Below, one piece after another: positions 29,546-39,067 of a stretch of 64,000 nucleotides of DNA; the first letter of the stretch is position 1, and the number at the start of each line of letters is the position of its first letter. A model generated the notes under the pieces. The model saw only the letters and a list, made by a program, of their open reading frames with translations. It was not told the origin of the DNA and did no database searches. The position numbers were made by a program, and so were the translations under genes. Source of the DNA: a virus (taxonomy: Duplodnaviria; Caudoviricetes). The stretch spans positions 1 to 64,000 of the IMG/VR virus record IMGVR_UViG_2713896750_000003. The stretch is one strand, 5' to 3'.

Positions 29546-30078
29546 AGCCATCCCCAATGTTTACCTGTTTTGATGTTGCTTACCTGCGACTGAGAAATGC
29601 CGAATTTGTCAGCGATGCTCTTTTGCATAACACCATCACTCAGTAGTGCTTTTATTTCTCTCGCTTGTTCTGGCGTGATGATCGACCCAGCCTTACCGTG
29701 TCTATACGATGTTCCATGCATTAGCCTGTCCGACTGATTCTCTTTTTCCGTTCCGTACATTAGATTGCCTGGTCGATTATTCAGCTTGTCGCCATCCAAA
29801 TGACGAGTAACTTGACCTTTCGGTCGTTCACCGATAAATGTTAAAGCAACCAACTCATGTACTCGTTTGTACCCACCTTTCTTTCCAAGTGCCGTCCCTA
29901 AGTAACCCGTTTGCTTATCAAGCGACAACGCTAACACTCGTCCCTTGTATTTTTTCTCTACCGTAGCTCCCCACCGACCTTTGCAGGTGACGATCATATC
30001 GAGACTGCGAACCCTACCAAGATCTGAGACCTGATAACCTTCATGTCCGGGTATGTCTCTCCAATTCTCTACGCTCAT
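29542..30078 (-). mobile_element. NUMOD4-HNH homing endonuclease inserted in dnaE
   Basis: WRDIPGHEGYQVSDLGRVRS (NUMOD4), VHELVALTF, RHLDGDKLNNRPGNL (HNH), C-terminal HTH. Confidence 0.92.
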
Positions 30079-32399
30079 AAATCTAACTCCACGCCTTTAT
30101 CGATTGCTTCATCTACTGTCAGATAAGACGTTACATCATCTTTGACGGGGAATCGGGCATCCGAACGCACTACCTTCGTACTGCCATCTGATAACTGAAC
30201 TGTGAGGGTTTCGGCTTGACAGCCTTTGATAAACTTCTCACCCAAAGAAGCCATCAATTTTTTGTCTTTCTTACCAATTGCTTTACGAACTTTGTCAGAC
30301 TCAGCCATAGTGAATCCAGCCAAGTCTCGCGCGATCTGCATCGTTTGCTCTTGGTAAATAAGGATGCCGCGTGTCTCGCGCAATGCATCTTCCATTTTAG
30401 GGTGCTCATAGTGTGGCTTTACAATGCCCTGCTTAATCTTGACATACTCCTCTGTCATGCCTGATTGCAAAGGGCCCGGCCGATATAGCGCGGTCGCAGC
30501 ATACACGTCCTCAAACGTAAGCTTTCTGCCGCCCTCTCCAAGCTCTTTAAGGAGAGCTCTCATTCCCGAGCTGGTAAACTGAAAGACGCCAACTGTTTTG
30601 CCTTCAGCAAACATTTGCAGCACCTTCTCGTCGTCAAGAGGAATGCTGAGTAGGTCGAGTTCTTTGCCATGCCTCGCTTTTATTTTGTCTTTGGCTATTT
30701 GAATGATGTCTAAGGTAGACAAGCCAAGAATATCTAACTTGATAAGCCCAAAATCTTCAACGACGCGCTTATCCCAGTTAACTGACTGCTCTCCCTTACG
30801 CCGCTCTACAACCGCTCGCTCTACCAAAGGCTCCCCAGCTACTACGACACCCGCAGCGTGACGCCCCAACGAGCGCATTGCGCCATCAAGCTGTTGACTG
30901 ATCTCAAATTCTTTCGGGTGAAGTTCAGCATAACGTTTGATTTCCGGAAGCTCTTTGGCCTCATCAAGAGTCATGCCCAACTCAATGCCACGCGTACACT
31001 TCAAATCGTCATTCGAAACATCGAAAATACGCCCAACGTCTCGAATCGAAGACGCTGTACCCAACATGGTGTAGTTGTTAATACCAGCCACCTTGTCATG
31101 TCCGTATTTATCAAACATCCAGTCGATAACCTCTTGGCGTCGAGAGCTCATGAAGTCGGTATCGATGTCGGGATAGTCAAGACGGTCTGGGTTTAGAAAT
31201 CGCTCAAAGATAAGACCAAAACGAAGCGGATCAACGTCAGTGATGCCAATGAGGTAAGCTACTAGAGAGCCAGCTGCCGAACCGCGTGCAGGCCCAACAA
31301 GAATGTCATTTTCTTTGGACCACATGATCACATCACGTACCAGCAAGAAGTATCGGTCGAACCCCATGTCCTTCAAGACCTTAAGTTCGTATTGTAATCG
31401 CTGCTTGTATTCAGGAAGAACGTCATCGCTTGGCTTATAACCAAACACTGGCCTTTCGAGTCGATGTTTCCATCCCTCTTTGCAGAGCTTGATCAGCTCG
31501 GCAAACTCATCGTCTGCCATTTTAGGTAGACACATAGCCTGCTTCGTCCATTCATAGGTACAGTCATTAAAAATGTCCTGACTGCTATCAATAAAAGAAC
31601 CAAGATGTGACAAGTTATGTTCCATTGTCGCTACGTGCTTTTCCATCTCACTAGGAGGCAAAATAGAAAAATCACGTATGAACGGAATATCTCTGAGCCG
31701 ACTCTTAGCTTTACCGTGCCCGATGATATAACTCATCACATCACGCGCCTCGTCAGCCCCCTCTTTGTAAAGAGCTGGTCTGGAGAATATCACTTTGGAA
31801 TCGCTCTCAATCGCGTTCTGAGCTGCGATAGAGTTTATCTTGTCAAAGTATGCGCTTTTAGCTGGGATCAGCTCTACAAAGCGATTACGCGCTTCTACGT
31901 GCTTAACCAGCGCTTGATAGATTTTCTTGTGATTAGAATGTTGAAAAAGCGAAAAGAAGTCTCCGGTCGACAAAATCAATCCATCTGATTTCAACGCCAC
32001 TACCAACTCTTTGATCCCAACGCGAGGTGCGTAATAAAAGTAATCCTCTGAGTTGGCGACAGTAAGCAACCGAAAAAGCGCTTTCAGACCCTTTTCGTTT
32101 TTGACGTACAGCTTTGCCTCCCAGAATTCGTTTTTCTTTGAGACCTCACCTGAGCGCTTTGATGGCGGTCGATAGGTCGGATCGTCATAAACCCTTATAT
32201 TTACACCTATCACAGCTTTAATGGGTTCTTCTAACTTTCGAGCCTTGTCAAACAACTTAGTCATGCCTGATATCGTTGCATCATCCAACATCGCAACCTG
32301 TTTATAGCCATATTGATTTGCTGCATCTACGATATCCTCAACGGAAAGAATAGAGCGCCCCATACTAAAGGCGCTGCGAGTATTAATCAGTGAGTACAT
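30075..32399 (-). CDS. dnaE: DNA polymerase III alpha, N-terminal fragment
   Basis: Degenerate PHP domain, GPARGSAAGS, FERFLNPDR..PDIDTDF, GRHAAG, KLDILGL, LYRPGP, YQEQ. Confidence 0.95.
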   Translation of the reverse strand: MYSLINTRSAFSMGRSILSVEDIVDAANQYGYKQVAMLDDATISGMTKLFDKARKLEEPIKAVIGVNIRVYDDPTYRPPSKRSGEVSKKNEFWEAKLYVKNEKGLKALFRLLTVANSEDYFYYAPRVGIKELVVALKSDGLILSTGDFFSLFQHSNHKKIYQALVKHVEARNRFVELIPAKSAYFDKINSIAAQNAIESDSKVIFSRPALYKEGADEARDVMSYIIGHGKAKSRLRDIPFIRDFSILPPSEMEKHVATMEHNLSHLGSFIDSSQDIFNDCTYEWTKQAMCLPKMADDEFAELIKLCKEGWKHRLERPVFGYKPSDDVLPEYKQRLQYELKVLKDMGFDRYFLLVRDVIMWSKENDILVGPARGSAAGSLVAYLIGITDVDPLRFGLIFERFLNPDRLDYPDIDTDFMSSRRQEVIDWMFDKYGHDKVAGINNYTMLGTASSIRDVGRIFDVSNDDLKCTRGIELGMTLDEAKELPEIKRYAELHPKEFEISQQLDGAMRSLGRHAAGVVVAGEPLVERAVVERRKGEQSVNWDKRVVEDFGLIKLDILGLSTLDIIQIAKDKIKARHGKELDLLSIPLDDEKVLQMFAEGKTVGVFQFTSSGMRALLKELGEGGRKLTFEDVYAATALYRPGPLQSGMTEEYVKIKQGIVKPHYEHPKMEDALRETRGILIYQEQTMQIARDLAGFTMAESDKVRKAIGKKDKKLMASLGEKFIKGCQAETLTVQLSDGSTKVVRSDARFPVKDDVTSYLTVDEAIDKGVELDL

Positions 32400-32973
32400 A
32401 GTCGTCCCCAATTTTTTCAATAACGCCAATTGCAATAAGAGCCTGAGCTGTCCAGCTCGCACTGTTGCTGACGGCCGTCTCTTTGCTGTTTGGCTTTTCT
32501 TCTCGAATGATATTTTTCAACTCTGAGTGAGTGATTTTTCCATGTCTGCTTAAGTGCTCCTGAACCGAATAAAGGTACTCAGGTTTTAAGTCTTTCAGAT
32601 GGTTTTCGCCCCTCTTGATGTCCGACTTTATATCGATGCCTCGTCTCAGAATTGCCTTTGCGATTTTTCCGGCTCGCACGCTGCAATTTGACAGATCTGT
32701 ATCAATATCGAACTCGATAGGCAGATAGCTTGCGAAGCGTAACTTGCTTGCTCCTGAAGCTATCGCTTTCGTATGAACGCCGTTTTTGTCCAGAAATGAC
32801 TGAGTGGCGCGCATAATGTCCGAGACGTCCAATTCTTGATTGATTTCTTCAAGCCGCGTCATGACTTTCTGTGCGCAATCGACGCCGTATTCGCAGCGCT
32901 TGCAGTGCGTAGATGTAGGAAAGAATGACGCAGCTTGCCCCAAGCAGTGTGGGGCAAGTCTTGTATCCATCAT
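32383..32973 (-). CDS. Cys-cluster protein with putative C-terminal winged helix
   Basis: CLG...CKRC...C N-terminus; HGKITHSEL...IGVIEK C-terminus. Confidence 0.55.
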   Translation of the reverse strand: MMDTRLAPHCLGQAASFFPTSTHCKRCEYGVDCAQKVMTRLEEINQELDVSDIMRATQSFLDKNGVHTKAIASGASKLRFASYLPIEFDIDTDLSNCSVRAGKIAKAILRRGIDIKSDIKRGENHLKDLKPEYLYSVQEHLSRHGKITHSELKNIIREEKPNSKETAVSNSASWTAQALIAIGVIEKIGDDYVLTD

Positions 32974-32980
32974 CTACACC

Positions 32981-34138
32981 TTAAGAGAGAATTCGTTGAG
33001 CTATTTGAGTGACCACTTCACGATCTTTAGAGCTGAGGCGATTGATAAATGCGAACTCAAGTCCCTTCATGAACGACGCGCGAGCAATGGCTATCTTTGC
33101 TGCATTGATAAGAACGCGAGGGCCAATCGTGGCTTTGATTTTCTTACCGTCATAGGCGTCTCGAACCTTATGCGCAAACTCAACCATTCGCTCTGCATCC
33201 TCTTTCGATACGCCGCCTTGAGCCGAAACGACCGCTATTTCTTGCTTTTTGCTCATGTAAGGCATCTGAGCAACAATACCAAATCGCTCAGCATTGGCCG
33301 CATTCTGAATATTCGTTCCCTGGTACAGCCCTGACTCGTCTCCTGACATATTCGTGTTGCCCGTCGCTGCAATGATGAAGTTCGGGTGAGGGTGAACCAC
33401 TCGCCATTCGCTATCGGCTGGAGCTTCTTTAATAACTAGAGGTTTTCCCTCAAGAACAGGCTGATAAACCATCATCGACTGAGGAAATCCCGCATCATAT
33501 TCATCGGCTAGATATAGCCAGCCATATTTCATGGCAAGAGGCAGTGGGCCCGGATCGAAGTATGTCCCAGACTCGTTAGCCGCCATCGAGCCTAAGATGT
33601 GAGATTCCTCAGTAGCCCCCGTGTGCTGAATTCGAATCATAGGTCGATTCGTATAGGCGCAGAGTTGCTCGATCAATGTGGTTTTGCCGGTTCCCGAATG
33701 TCCCCAAAAGTAGAACGGAATATTGAGTGCAATTGCCGACAATCCTGTTTTCAGTTGCTCAATAGGAAAGACGTAATTAGGGTCTTTTTCTGGCACTTGC
33801 ATCGACCATTCGCCATCATCTAGAACTTCAATCATGACTGGGCTGCCATCTGGACGCATTGCAGCTCTCGCCTTACCAAGACCGAAAAGTTTATGCATCT
33901 CCTTGTGAGTTGACGAAGAGGACGAGGCTTCCAGTTTACTAATCTCGCGGCTCTCTTTTTCTTTGGCTACGGCTTTCTTTTTCTCCTCAATCCGCTTCTT
34001 TGCTACCTCACTCAACACTGGCGCGTCAGGGTAAGTAGCTGTGTACTCCTCCAGAGTCATTTCAGGGTGCTCATCGCGAATATGAATTGCCATTGCGTGT
34101 ACTTTTGCGCCGCATACTCTACATTCGATTTGTTCCAT
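32981..34138 (-). CDS. CobS/MoxR-family AAA+ ATPase with N-terminal zinc finger
   Basis: CRVC..H...H; GHSGTGKT; GPLPLAM; LADEYD; ATGNT; QNAANAERF. Confidence 0.88.
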   Translation of the reverse strand: MEQIECRVCGAKVHAMAIHIRDEHPEMTLEEYTATYPDAPVLSEVAKKRIEEKKKAVAKEKESREISKLEASSSSSTHKEMHKLFGLGKARAAMRPDGSPVMIEVLDDGEWSMQVPEKDPNYVFPIEQLKTGLSAIALNIPFYFWGHSGTGKTTLIEQLCAYTNRPMIRIQHTGATEESHILGSMAANESGTYFDPGPLPLAMKYGWLYLADEYDAGFPQSMMVYQPVLEGKPLVIKEAPADSEWRVVHPHPNFIIAATGNTNMSGDESGLYQGTNIQNAANAERFGIVAQMPYMSKKQEIAVVSAQGGVSKEDAERMVEFAHKVRDAYDGKKIKATIGPRVLINAAKIAIARASFMKGLEFAFINRLSSKDREVVTQIAQRILS

Positions 34139-34211
34139 GTTGTCCTCTGCTCATTTCATTTCTGCTTAACTGATAATGTATATTTTATTCTCAAGTTAAG
34201 GTGTATCAATA

Positions 34212-34227
34212 TTAAGTACTTACTTAT
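34212..34227. promoter_or_regulatory. Operator copy upstream of the cobS-dnaE operon
   Basis: TTAAGTACTTACTTAT. Confidence 0.65.
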
Positions 34228-34246
34228 TTTTGGGCAAGTAAGAATA

Positions 34247-36205
34247 CTAACCAAGAATTATCTCTCTGACTTTAGAGATAACCTCACTAGGAAGCTCATC
34301 CAATTTTTTTAACACTGAATAATTTGTGAAGTAATTGGCGACACCTTCGTGCTGAATGCCGATTCCGACCAGATGAATCCCAGCTCTCTCAATCTTCTCT
34401 GTTGTCAGCTTAAGGTGCCTTGATAGAGCAATGTGATCTTGCGTAGTGCAGGCAGGAGAGCCGTCGGAGAGAACAATCATTGCCTTGCCGGGACTTCTCT
34501 GAGACGCAAGTCGCTTTGCCGCCATCATCAGAGATTCGCCATCAACGTTTTCTCTCAAATATCGGTAATCTCTTAAATCAGACCAAGACGCCAGTCTTTT
34601 CATTACCTCTGGGGACCACTGCTCGGCAAAATCCTTAAAAACAGGCATATAGATGGCATCAAGTCTCGCGTATCTAACGCCGGGGATCGGGTCTGAGCCA
34701 AGAGATACGCCGTTGCGAGAGGTAAATCCGACTATCTCAAAGTTTATTCCTATCCGACTTAGCGCCACACCCATAGCGTAAGCCGACTCGATTGCTAGCT
34801 TGATTCGTGGCCCCATCATAGAGCCGGAACAGTCAATGACGAGTTGGACGTCAAAGTCCTGAGTCTTATGAATCTCCTTTTTACGAAATACTCTCAAGTC
34901 TCCAGTTCTAAGCCTTGCAAGCTGAGATGGGTTAATCCTTCCTCTTGTCTGATTACCTCGCCAGTGGCTTCTTTGCTGACTTACAAAAGCTCGCTCAAAA
35001 TCTGACTGAATAACATTGGCAATATCAGCCACGTTGGAGTCCAATTTTGGAACTAGCCTTGATGCGACTTCTTCCGGTACTGCATAAGGTGCGGGTTCTA
35101 TTACGTCATTATCAGTTGTCGGGATAAGGTAATCAGAGCGTTTGGCGGACTCATAGGCCATTGACTCGATTTCGCCGCTTATTGAGGAGTCTAAATCCCC
35201 AATAGAGTGATCAAGAAAGTCTGTTCCCGATGAAGGCTTCCAAGTGCTACTTTCATCAGGCTTCTCATCTCCCTTATGTTCCTTATGCTCGTCACCACTC
35301 GAACCATCAGCTTCTTTTTCACCGCTAGCCTCTTCATCTTCATTTTCAGAGTCAGAGTCAGAGTCAGGGTCAAGCTCTGTATCTTCACCCCCTTCGCTCT
35401 TATCGGGCTCATCAGATTCATCGCCTTCCTCATCGATAATAGGCGAGAATCCTCCACCGGATTTGGATGACATTGAGCCGCCTGAAGAGCCTCTATCCGT
35501 TGACGACGATTCATCTGAATCATCGGGCGAATCAAGATCGTCGTCGTCATCGACTTTCATGATCTGAAACAACACTTCCCTACCTATCTCGATGTTTTCG
35601 CGAGTTGAGTTTGTGAAGGGCACCTGCTCGATCAGGCTGTCATCTATCTTGTCTACAATAGGCTGAACTAATTCCCATTTGTCGTTCATGTATTGTGAAA
35701 ATTGATCGAACCCGGCCCAAGCTCTAGCAATGCATGGGAAAAGAATGCCGAAGAAGGCCATTGGGTTTTCTTCTCCCTTTTTAATCAAAGATACATAGTT
35801 TTTATTAATAACCTTTTCGATGAAGAAATCATAAAGTCTGTTGAGGTTCTCACGAGAGCCGGGAAACCTTTCTCTCATCTTTCTCTCAACAAAGGGATCT
35901 TCGAAAATGTTTTGCATCTCCAAGAGTTGCCGGTCGTGCGCTATCTCCAATAACGCCTTTCGGTCAGTGAAAAGCAAATGCCCAACTTCATGATCCAAAA
36001 AGCCCTGAACCGATAAAATCAAGTCCTCGCTTGCATCATCTGGAAGATAAGGAAGACAAACCTTAACAGGCTCGCCAGTCACCTCATTATATTGAACATA
36101 CGCCTTCAACCCCTCCTGAGATACGGGGATGTCCCTATCTGCAAGAATTTGAGTAATTGTGGCGATTGACTCTCTGACTATTTGAACACGAGACAAAAGT
36201 TCCAT
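34247..36205 (-). CDS. CobT-like protein with N-terminal metallopeptidase-like motif, acidic linker and vWA domain
   Basis: DHEVGH, NIFED, MIDAS DCSGSM, ENVDGE, VLSDGSP. Confidence 0.85.
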   Translation of the reverse strand: MELLSRVQIVRESIATITQILADRDIPVSQEGLKAYVQYNEVTGEPVKVCLPYLPDDASEDLILSVQGFLDHEVGHLLFTDRKALLEIAHDRQLLEMQNIFEDPFVERKMRERFPGSRENLNRLYDFFIEKVINKNYVSLIKKGEENPMAFFGILFPCIARAWAGFDQFSQYMNDKWELVQPIVDKIDDSLIEQVPFTNSTRENIEIGREVLFQIMKVDDDDDLDSPDDSDESSSTDRGSSGGSMSSKSGGGFSPIIDEEGDESDEPDKSEGGEDTELDPDSDSDSENEDEEASGEKEADGSSGDEHKEHKGDEKPDESSTWKPSSGTDFLDHSIGDLDSSISGEIESMAYESAKRSDYLIPTTDNDVIEPAPYAVPEEVASRLVPKLDSNVADIANVIQSDFERAFVSQQRSHWRGNQTRGRINPSQLARLRTGDLRVFRKKEIHKTQDFDVQLVIDCSGSMMGPRIKLAIESAYAMGVALSRIGINFEIVGFTSRNGVSLGSDPIPGVRYARLDAIYMPVFKDFAEQWSPEVMKRLASWSDLRDYRYLRENVDGESLMMAAKRLASQRSPGKAMIVLSDGSPACTTQDHIALSRHLKLTTEKIERAGIHLVGIGIQHEGVANYFTNYSVLKKLDELPSEVISKVREIILG

Positions 36206-36224
36206 TAGTTATTCTCTCTAACAG

Positions 36225-36240
36225 TTAAGTGCTTACTTAA
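36225..36240. promoter_or_regulatory. Operator copy upstream of cobT-like gene
   Basis: TTAAGTGCTTACTTAA. Confidence 0.7.
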
Positions 36241-36332
36241 TAATATAAATATTACACAACATAACTAGGGATTGAAAGAGAGATGAATGGGAGGCGAGGG
36301 AGTAGAGAGGCGGCCAATAGGCCGCCATTGGC

Positions 36333-36833
36333 TTAAAGCGCGTATTGATCGCGAAGCATCTCTTTGAAGCTATTGATAGTCGAGGCGTCGGGCTTAATAT
36401 CATGTCCAACTTCTTCTTGAACCTCGCGTAGAGCTTGAACGAATGCATCTTCCTCTTTTGTGTGCGTGTACGCCACTAGAGAAGCGATGCCCTCCCAAAC
36501 TCGATTAAACTCCTTAAACTCTTCCTCTGTTTCTTTTTTGACTATCAGTCCTCGAACCGTGTCCCTTAGGAGAGAAATAAAGAGAACCCTTCTATCAATG
36601 CCAAGTTCATCAGCAACAATTGCAACCTTGTCCAAAGGCAGGCGCATTGTGCCCTTTCTAAGCATAGAGATCGCAGGAGATGCATGCTTTGAGCCCGGTC
36701 GATGAAAACCGCATCTTTGCGCCAGTTCGGTTAAAGTCACATATGCAGGTTTGTTTGTGGAAACTGCTGCGTCTATTAGCGTATGAACTGGCTTTATTTC
36801 ATCCAGTTTACTGACACTCGATAAATCACTCAT
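36333..36833 (-). CDS. XRE/Cro-like HTH regulator, candidate immunity repressor
   Basis: TLTELAQRCGF...AISMLRKGTMRLPLDKV..VADELG; monocistronic; two operator variants upstream (36883, 37042). Confidence 0.65.
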   Translation of the reverse strand: MSDLSSVSKLDEIKPVHTLIDAAVSTNKPAYVTLTELAQRCGFHRPGSKHASPAISMLRKGTMRLPLDKVAIVADELGIDRRVLFISLLRDTVRGLIVKKETEEEFKEFNRVWEGIASLVAYTHTKEEDAFVQALREVQEEVGHDIKPDASTINSFKEMLRDQYAL

Positions 36834-37097
36834 TTTATTCTCCTGATTTCTTCTTTATTTGGGGTTTATTTTTATTATTCAAATAAATGCTTACTTAACA
36901 TGTTGAACATGTTAGTAAAGCGATCTGTACGAATCAACACACGGCTAAAGGCAATGTGATTGAAAGCGTTCAATTACCTACATTATGTTGTTCGAGTTTC
37001 TTTTATTGTTTTTGGGGATCTTATCTTAAGACCCTAAAGCATTAAACACTTACTTAAATTACAAAAGTAAGAATAGGGTAAGATTTTAGAAAATAAA

Positions 37098-37137
37098 AGG
37101 GTGTAAGATAGGTAGTTTTGACCTTTACCTACACCCT
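37098..37137 (-). terminator. Terminator after the partition operon
   Basis: AGGGTGTA...TACACCCT stem with T-rich tail on the minus strand. Confidence 0.55.
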
Positions 37138-37152
37138 GAAAGTCAAAGAGTA

Positions 37153-37500
37153 TTAGGAGTTGCGCATTTTTCTTAGCTTTCTCAGCTCTGCCTCTTTCTT
37201 TCTATAGACCGCTTCCATGTTGTCTTCCAGCAGAGACTCAAGAACGCCAGCGACCATATCTTCAACGTTAGTTTCGTGGTAGTCGGCTAGCATTTTCAAA
37301 TCGTCAATCATGTAAGTTGGAACACGAGAGCCAAGCGCTCTTAAGTTTTCACCTTTTTTCTTTTTTCTAATTCTCAACTTAGGCACGTAGACAGAATCTT
37401 CCTCACTCTCTGCTTCCTTAACTGGTGCATTGCTTGAAAGCAGAGCATCCAACTCATCGTCATTTCGACCCGACGAGATTTTCTTTTCCTGATTAGCCAT
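37153..37500 (-). CDS. Small partition partner of ParA, probably ribbon-helix-helix centromere-binding protein
   Basis: Overlaps the parA stop; disordered N-terminus then LGSRVP..MIDDLK.LA......VEDMV. Confidence 0.6.
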   Translation of the reverse strand: MANQEKKISSGRNDDELDALLSSNAPVKEAESEEDSVYVPKLRIRKKKKGENLRALGSRVPTYMIDDLKMLADYHETNVEDMVAGVLESLLEDNMEAVYRKKEAELRKLRKMRNS

Positions 37501-38254
37501 ACTTTGCTAACTCCTCAAGTAGTTCATCAATCACTTTTTCCGTTTCTAAGACGGTTTCACTTGCTCGTTTTTTAGATATGGTAGACACATCTTTGCGCCC
37601 CCATTTCGTTTGCAATACTTTGGTCATGTATGTCGTTCTTTCTTGAGCGTCATAGCAGGTAAAGCCAAGCGGCTCCAACAACTTAATGATGACGTTGTCG
37701 GACAAATCATTCTCCAAACCGTGCGCTTCATTTAGAACTCTATCCCTGATGTAAGAGTTTAAATATCGGTCTTTTGGATTTACGCGCGTCAATACTCCGA
37801 TAGTTGGGATCGTTTTGTTGTATCTTTCCGCAATGCTGTTTGTTAGCTTAACTACATCGTAAGATTCCTCGAACTCCAAGTCAGAAGCACCTACCACCAT
37901 AAGAGCAAAATCACTCTTAGAGATAAGCTCCGCCTCAAACGCTCCAAGTTTCCCTTGCGTATCGATAAATACATAGTCGTACTTTCGAACACCGACCTCT
38001 AAAACCTTATCAACTGGATCTGAAGGGCGTAGACGTTTGACCAACGGGTAATCATTTGCCAAATCTTCAGGTATGACGTCCAAGTCCAGATAGTTGTGTC
38101 TGTCGTCATATCCTTTTTTTAGCGTTGGAGCTTCATCTGAGTCCAAAATAAGTACGGAGTTCCCGCGTCTTTTAAGGCCGTGCGCGACATGGGAAAGAAC
38201 GGCTGATTTACCCGTTCCACCTTTTTGCGCGGTCACAATGATGATTTTACCCAT
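37493..38254 (-). CDS. parA: ParA-family partition ATPase (type Ib)
   Basis: Deviant Walker A QKGGTGKS, LILDSD, YDYVFIDT. Confidence 0.9.
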   Translation of the reverse strand: MGKIIIVTAQKGGTGKSAVLSHVAHGLKRRGNSVLILDSDEAPTLKKGYDDRHNYLDLDVIPEDLANDYPLVKRLRPSDPVDKVLEVGVRKYDYVFIDTQGKLGAFEAELISKSDFALMVVGASDLEFEESYDVVKLTNSIAERYNKTIPTIGVLTRVNPKDRYLNSYIRDRVLNEAHGLENDLSDNVIIKLLEPLGFTCYDAQERTTYMTKVLQTKWGRKDVSTISKKRASETVLETEKVIDELLEELAKYG

Positions 38255-38900
38255 TGTTTGTTCCCCATATTGTTTTCAGCTCGTCGGCATGAATGACCGG
38301 GTCTACCAACACCATTGTCTGGAACTTATCAAGGAGCTCCTCATACGTGCAGTCAAAAGCCGTTTCTATATCAAGGCGAAGACCAACAAGTGCGACAGGT
38401 TGACCGGTATTAGACTGATCCCAAAACACTAGATTGTTTTTAAAATGACGTGGCATGCAGTCAATAACATCAAGAGCGGCATCATGATAGGTCATTTGGC
38501 CGCTCTCCTTCATTTCGTTAATTTCTTTCCATGTTAGTTCTACCGCTCTCTCAATAGGCCAGCCCATTAATAGTGCGAAATAGGTACACCGACGAGCCGG
38601 CACGCTCATCTGCTCCAGAGAGAGTCTCAATTCACTGGATAAGTATGGAGGTTCGGAAATGCTGAAATTTGAAAGACGGTCATTTCTGACAAATTTCTTC
38701 TCATTCGCCTCCGTTATTGACCTTGCGATAAAGTTTGCGCAGTTTTTGGCAATATCACGGCTTGTTCTGAGTTTTGAGCGATAGAAGAATCCCTGTAGAT
38801 GGGCGGGCATCACTTCCTCTACATCCATATCCCAGATCTTTAAGTCCTGAAGTTCCTCTGCACAGTTTTCCTTACCAACTAATTTAGAAACTGTGATCAT
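38247..38900 (-). CDS. Hypothetical protein resembling a degenerate tyrosine-recombinase catalytic domain
   Basis: FALLMGWPIERAVELTWKEI resembles box I but lacks the catalytic Arg; no HxxR or Tyr box seen. Confidence 0.45.
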   Translation of the reverse strand: MITVSKLVGKENCAEELQDLKIWDMDVEEVMPAHLQGFFYRSKLRTSRDIAKNCANFIARSITEANEKKFVRNDRLSNFSISEPPYLSSELRLSLEQMSVPARRCTYFALLMGWPIERAVELTWKEINEMKESGQMTYHDAALDVIDCMPRHFKNNLVFWDQSNTGQPVALVGLRLDIETAFDCTYEELLDKFQTMVLVDPVIHADELKTIWGTNNG

Positions 38901-38977
38901 GGCTTACTCTTGTTTTTACGGGGTTTTTCTCTTGATGATGAATGGATGATAGCCCGATTTGAAAGAAATTTAAATGT

Positions 38978-39013
38978 AAAAAAATACAGCCAGTTTTTCG
39001 ACTGGCTGTATTT
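38978..39013 (-). terminator. Terminator after ligase
   Basis: AAATACAGCCAGT...ACTGGCTGTATTT stem, T run on the minus strand. Confidence 0.7.
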
Positions 39014-39067
39014 GTTGTTTTATATCAGTATGTATGGATGTTTATATTGTTAGCAATATAGATGAAC

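Noticed and set aside
29542-30078. Group I intron in dnaE
   Set aside because: The HNH ORF overlaps both dnaE halves by ATGA, leaving no room for a ribozyme core
29522-30221. Functional trans-splicing split intein
   Set aside because: The N part is only 48 aa without block B His, and the C part lacks block F and a terminal Asn followed by Cys/Ser/Thr
35346-35372. GAGTCA microsatellite as a phase-variation site
   Set aside because: In-frame 6-bp unit encoding the DSDSDS acidic linker
32981-36205. Cobalamin biosynthesis genes
   Set aside because: No cobN or other cob genes; such AAA+/vWA pairs are common in phage replication regions
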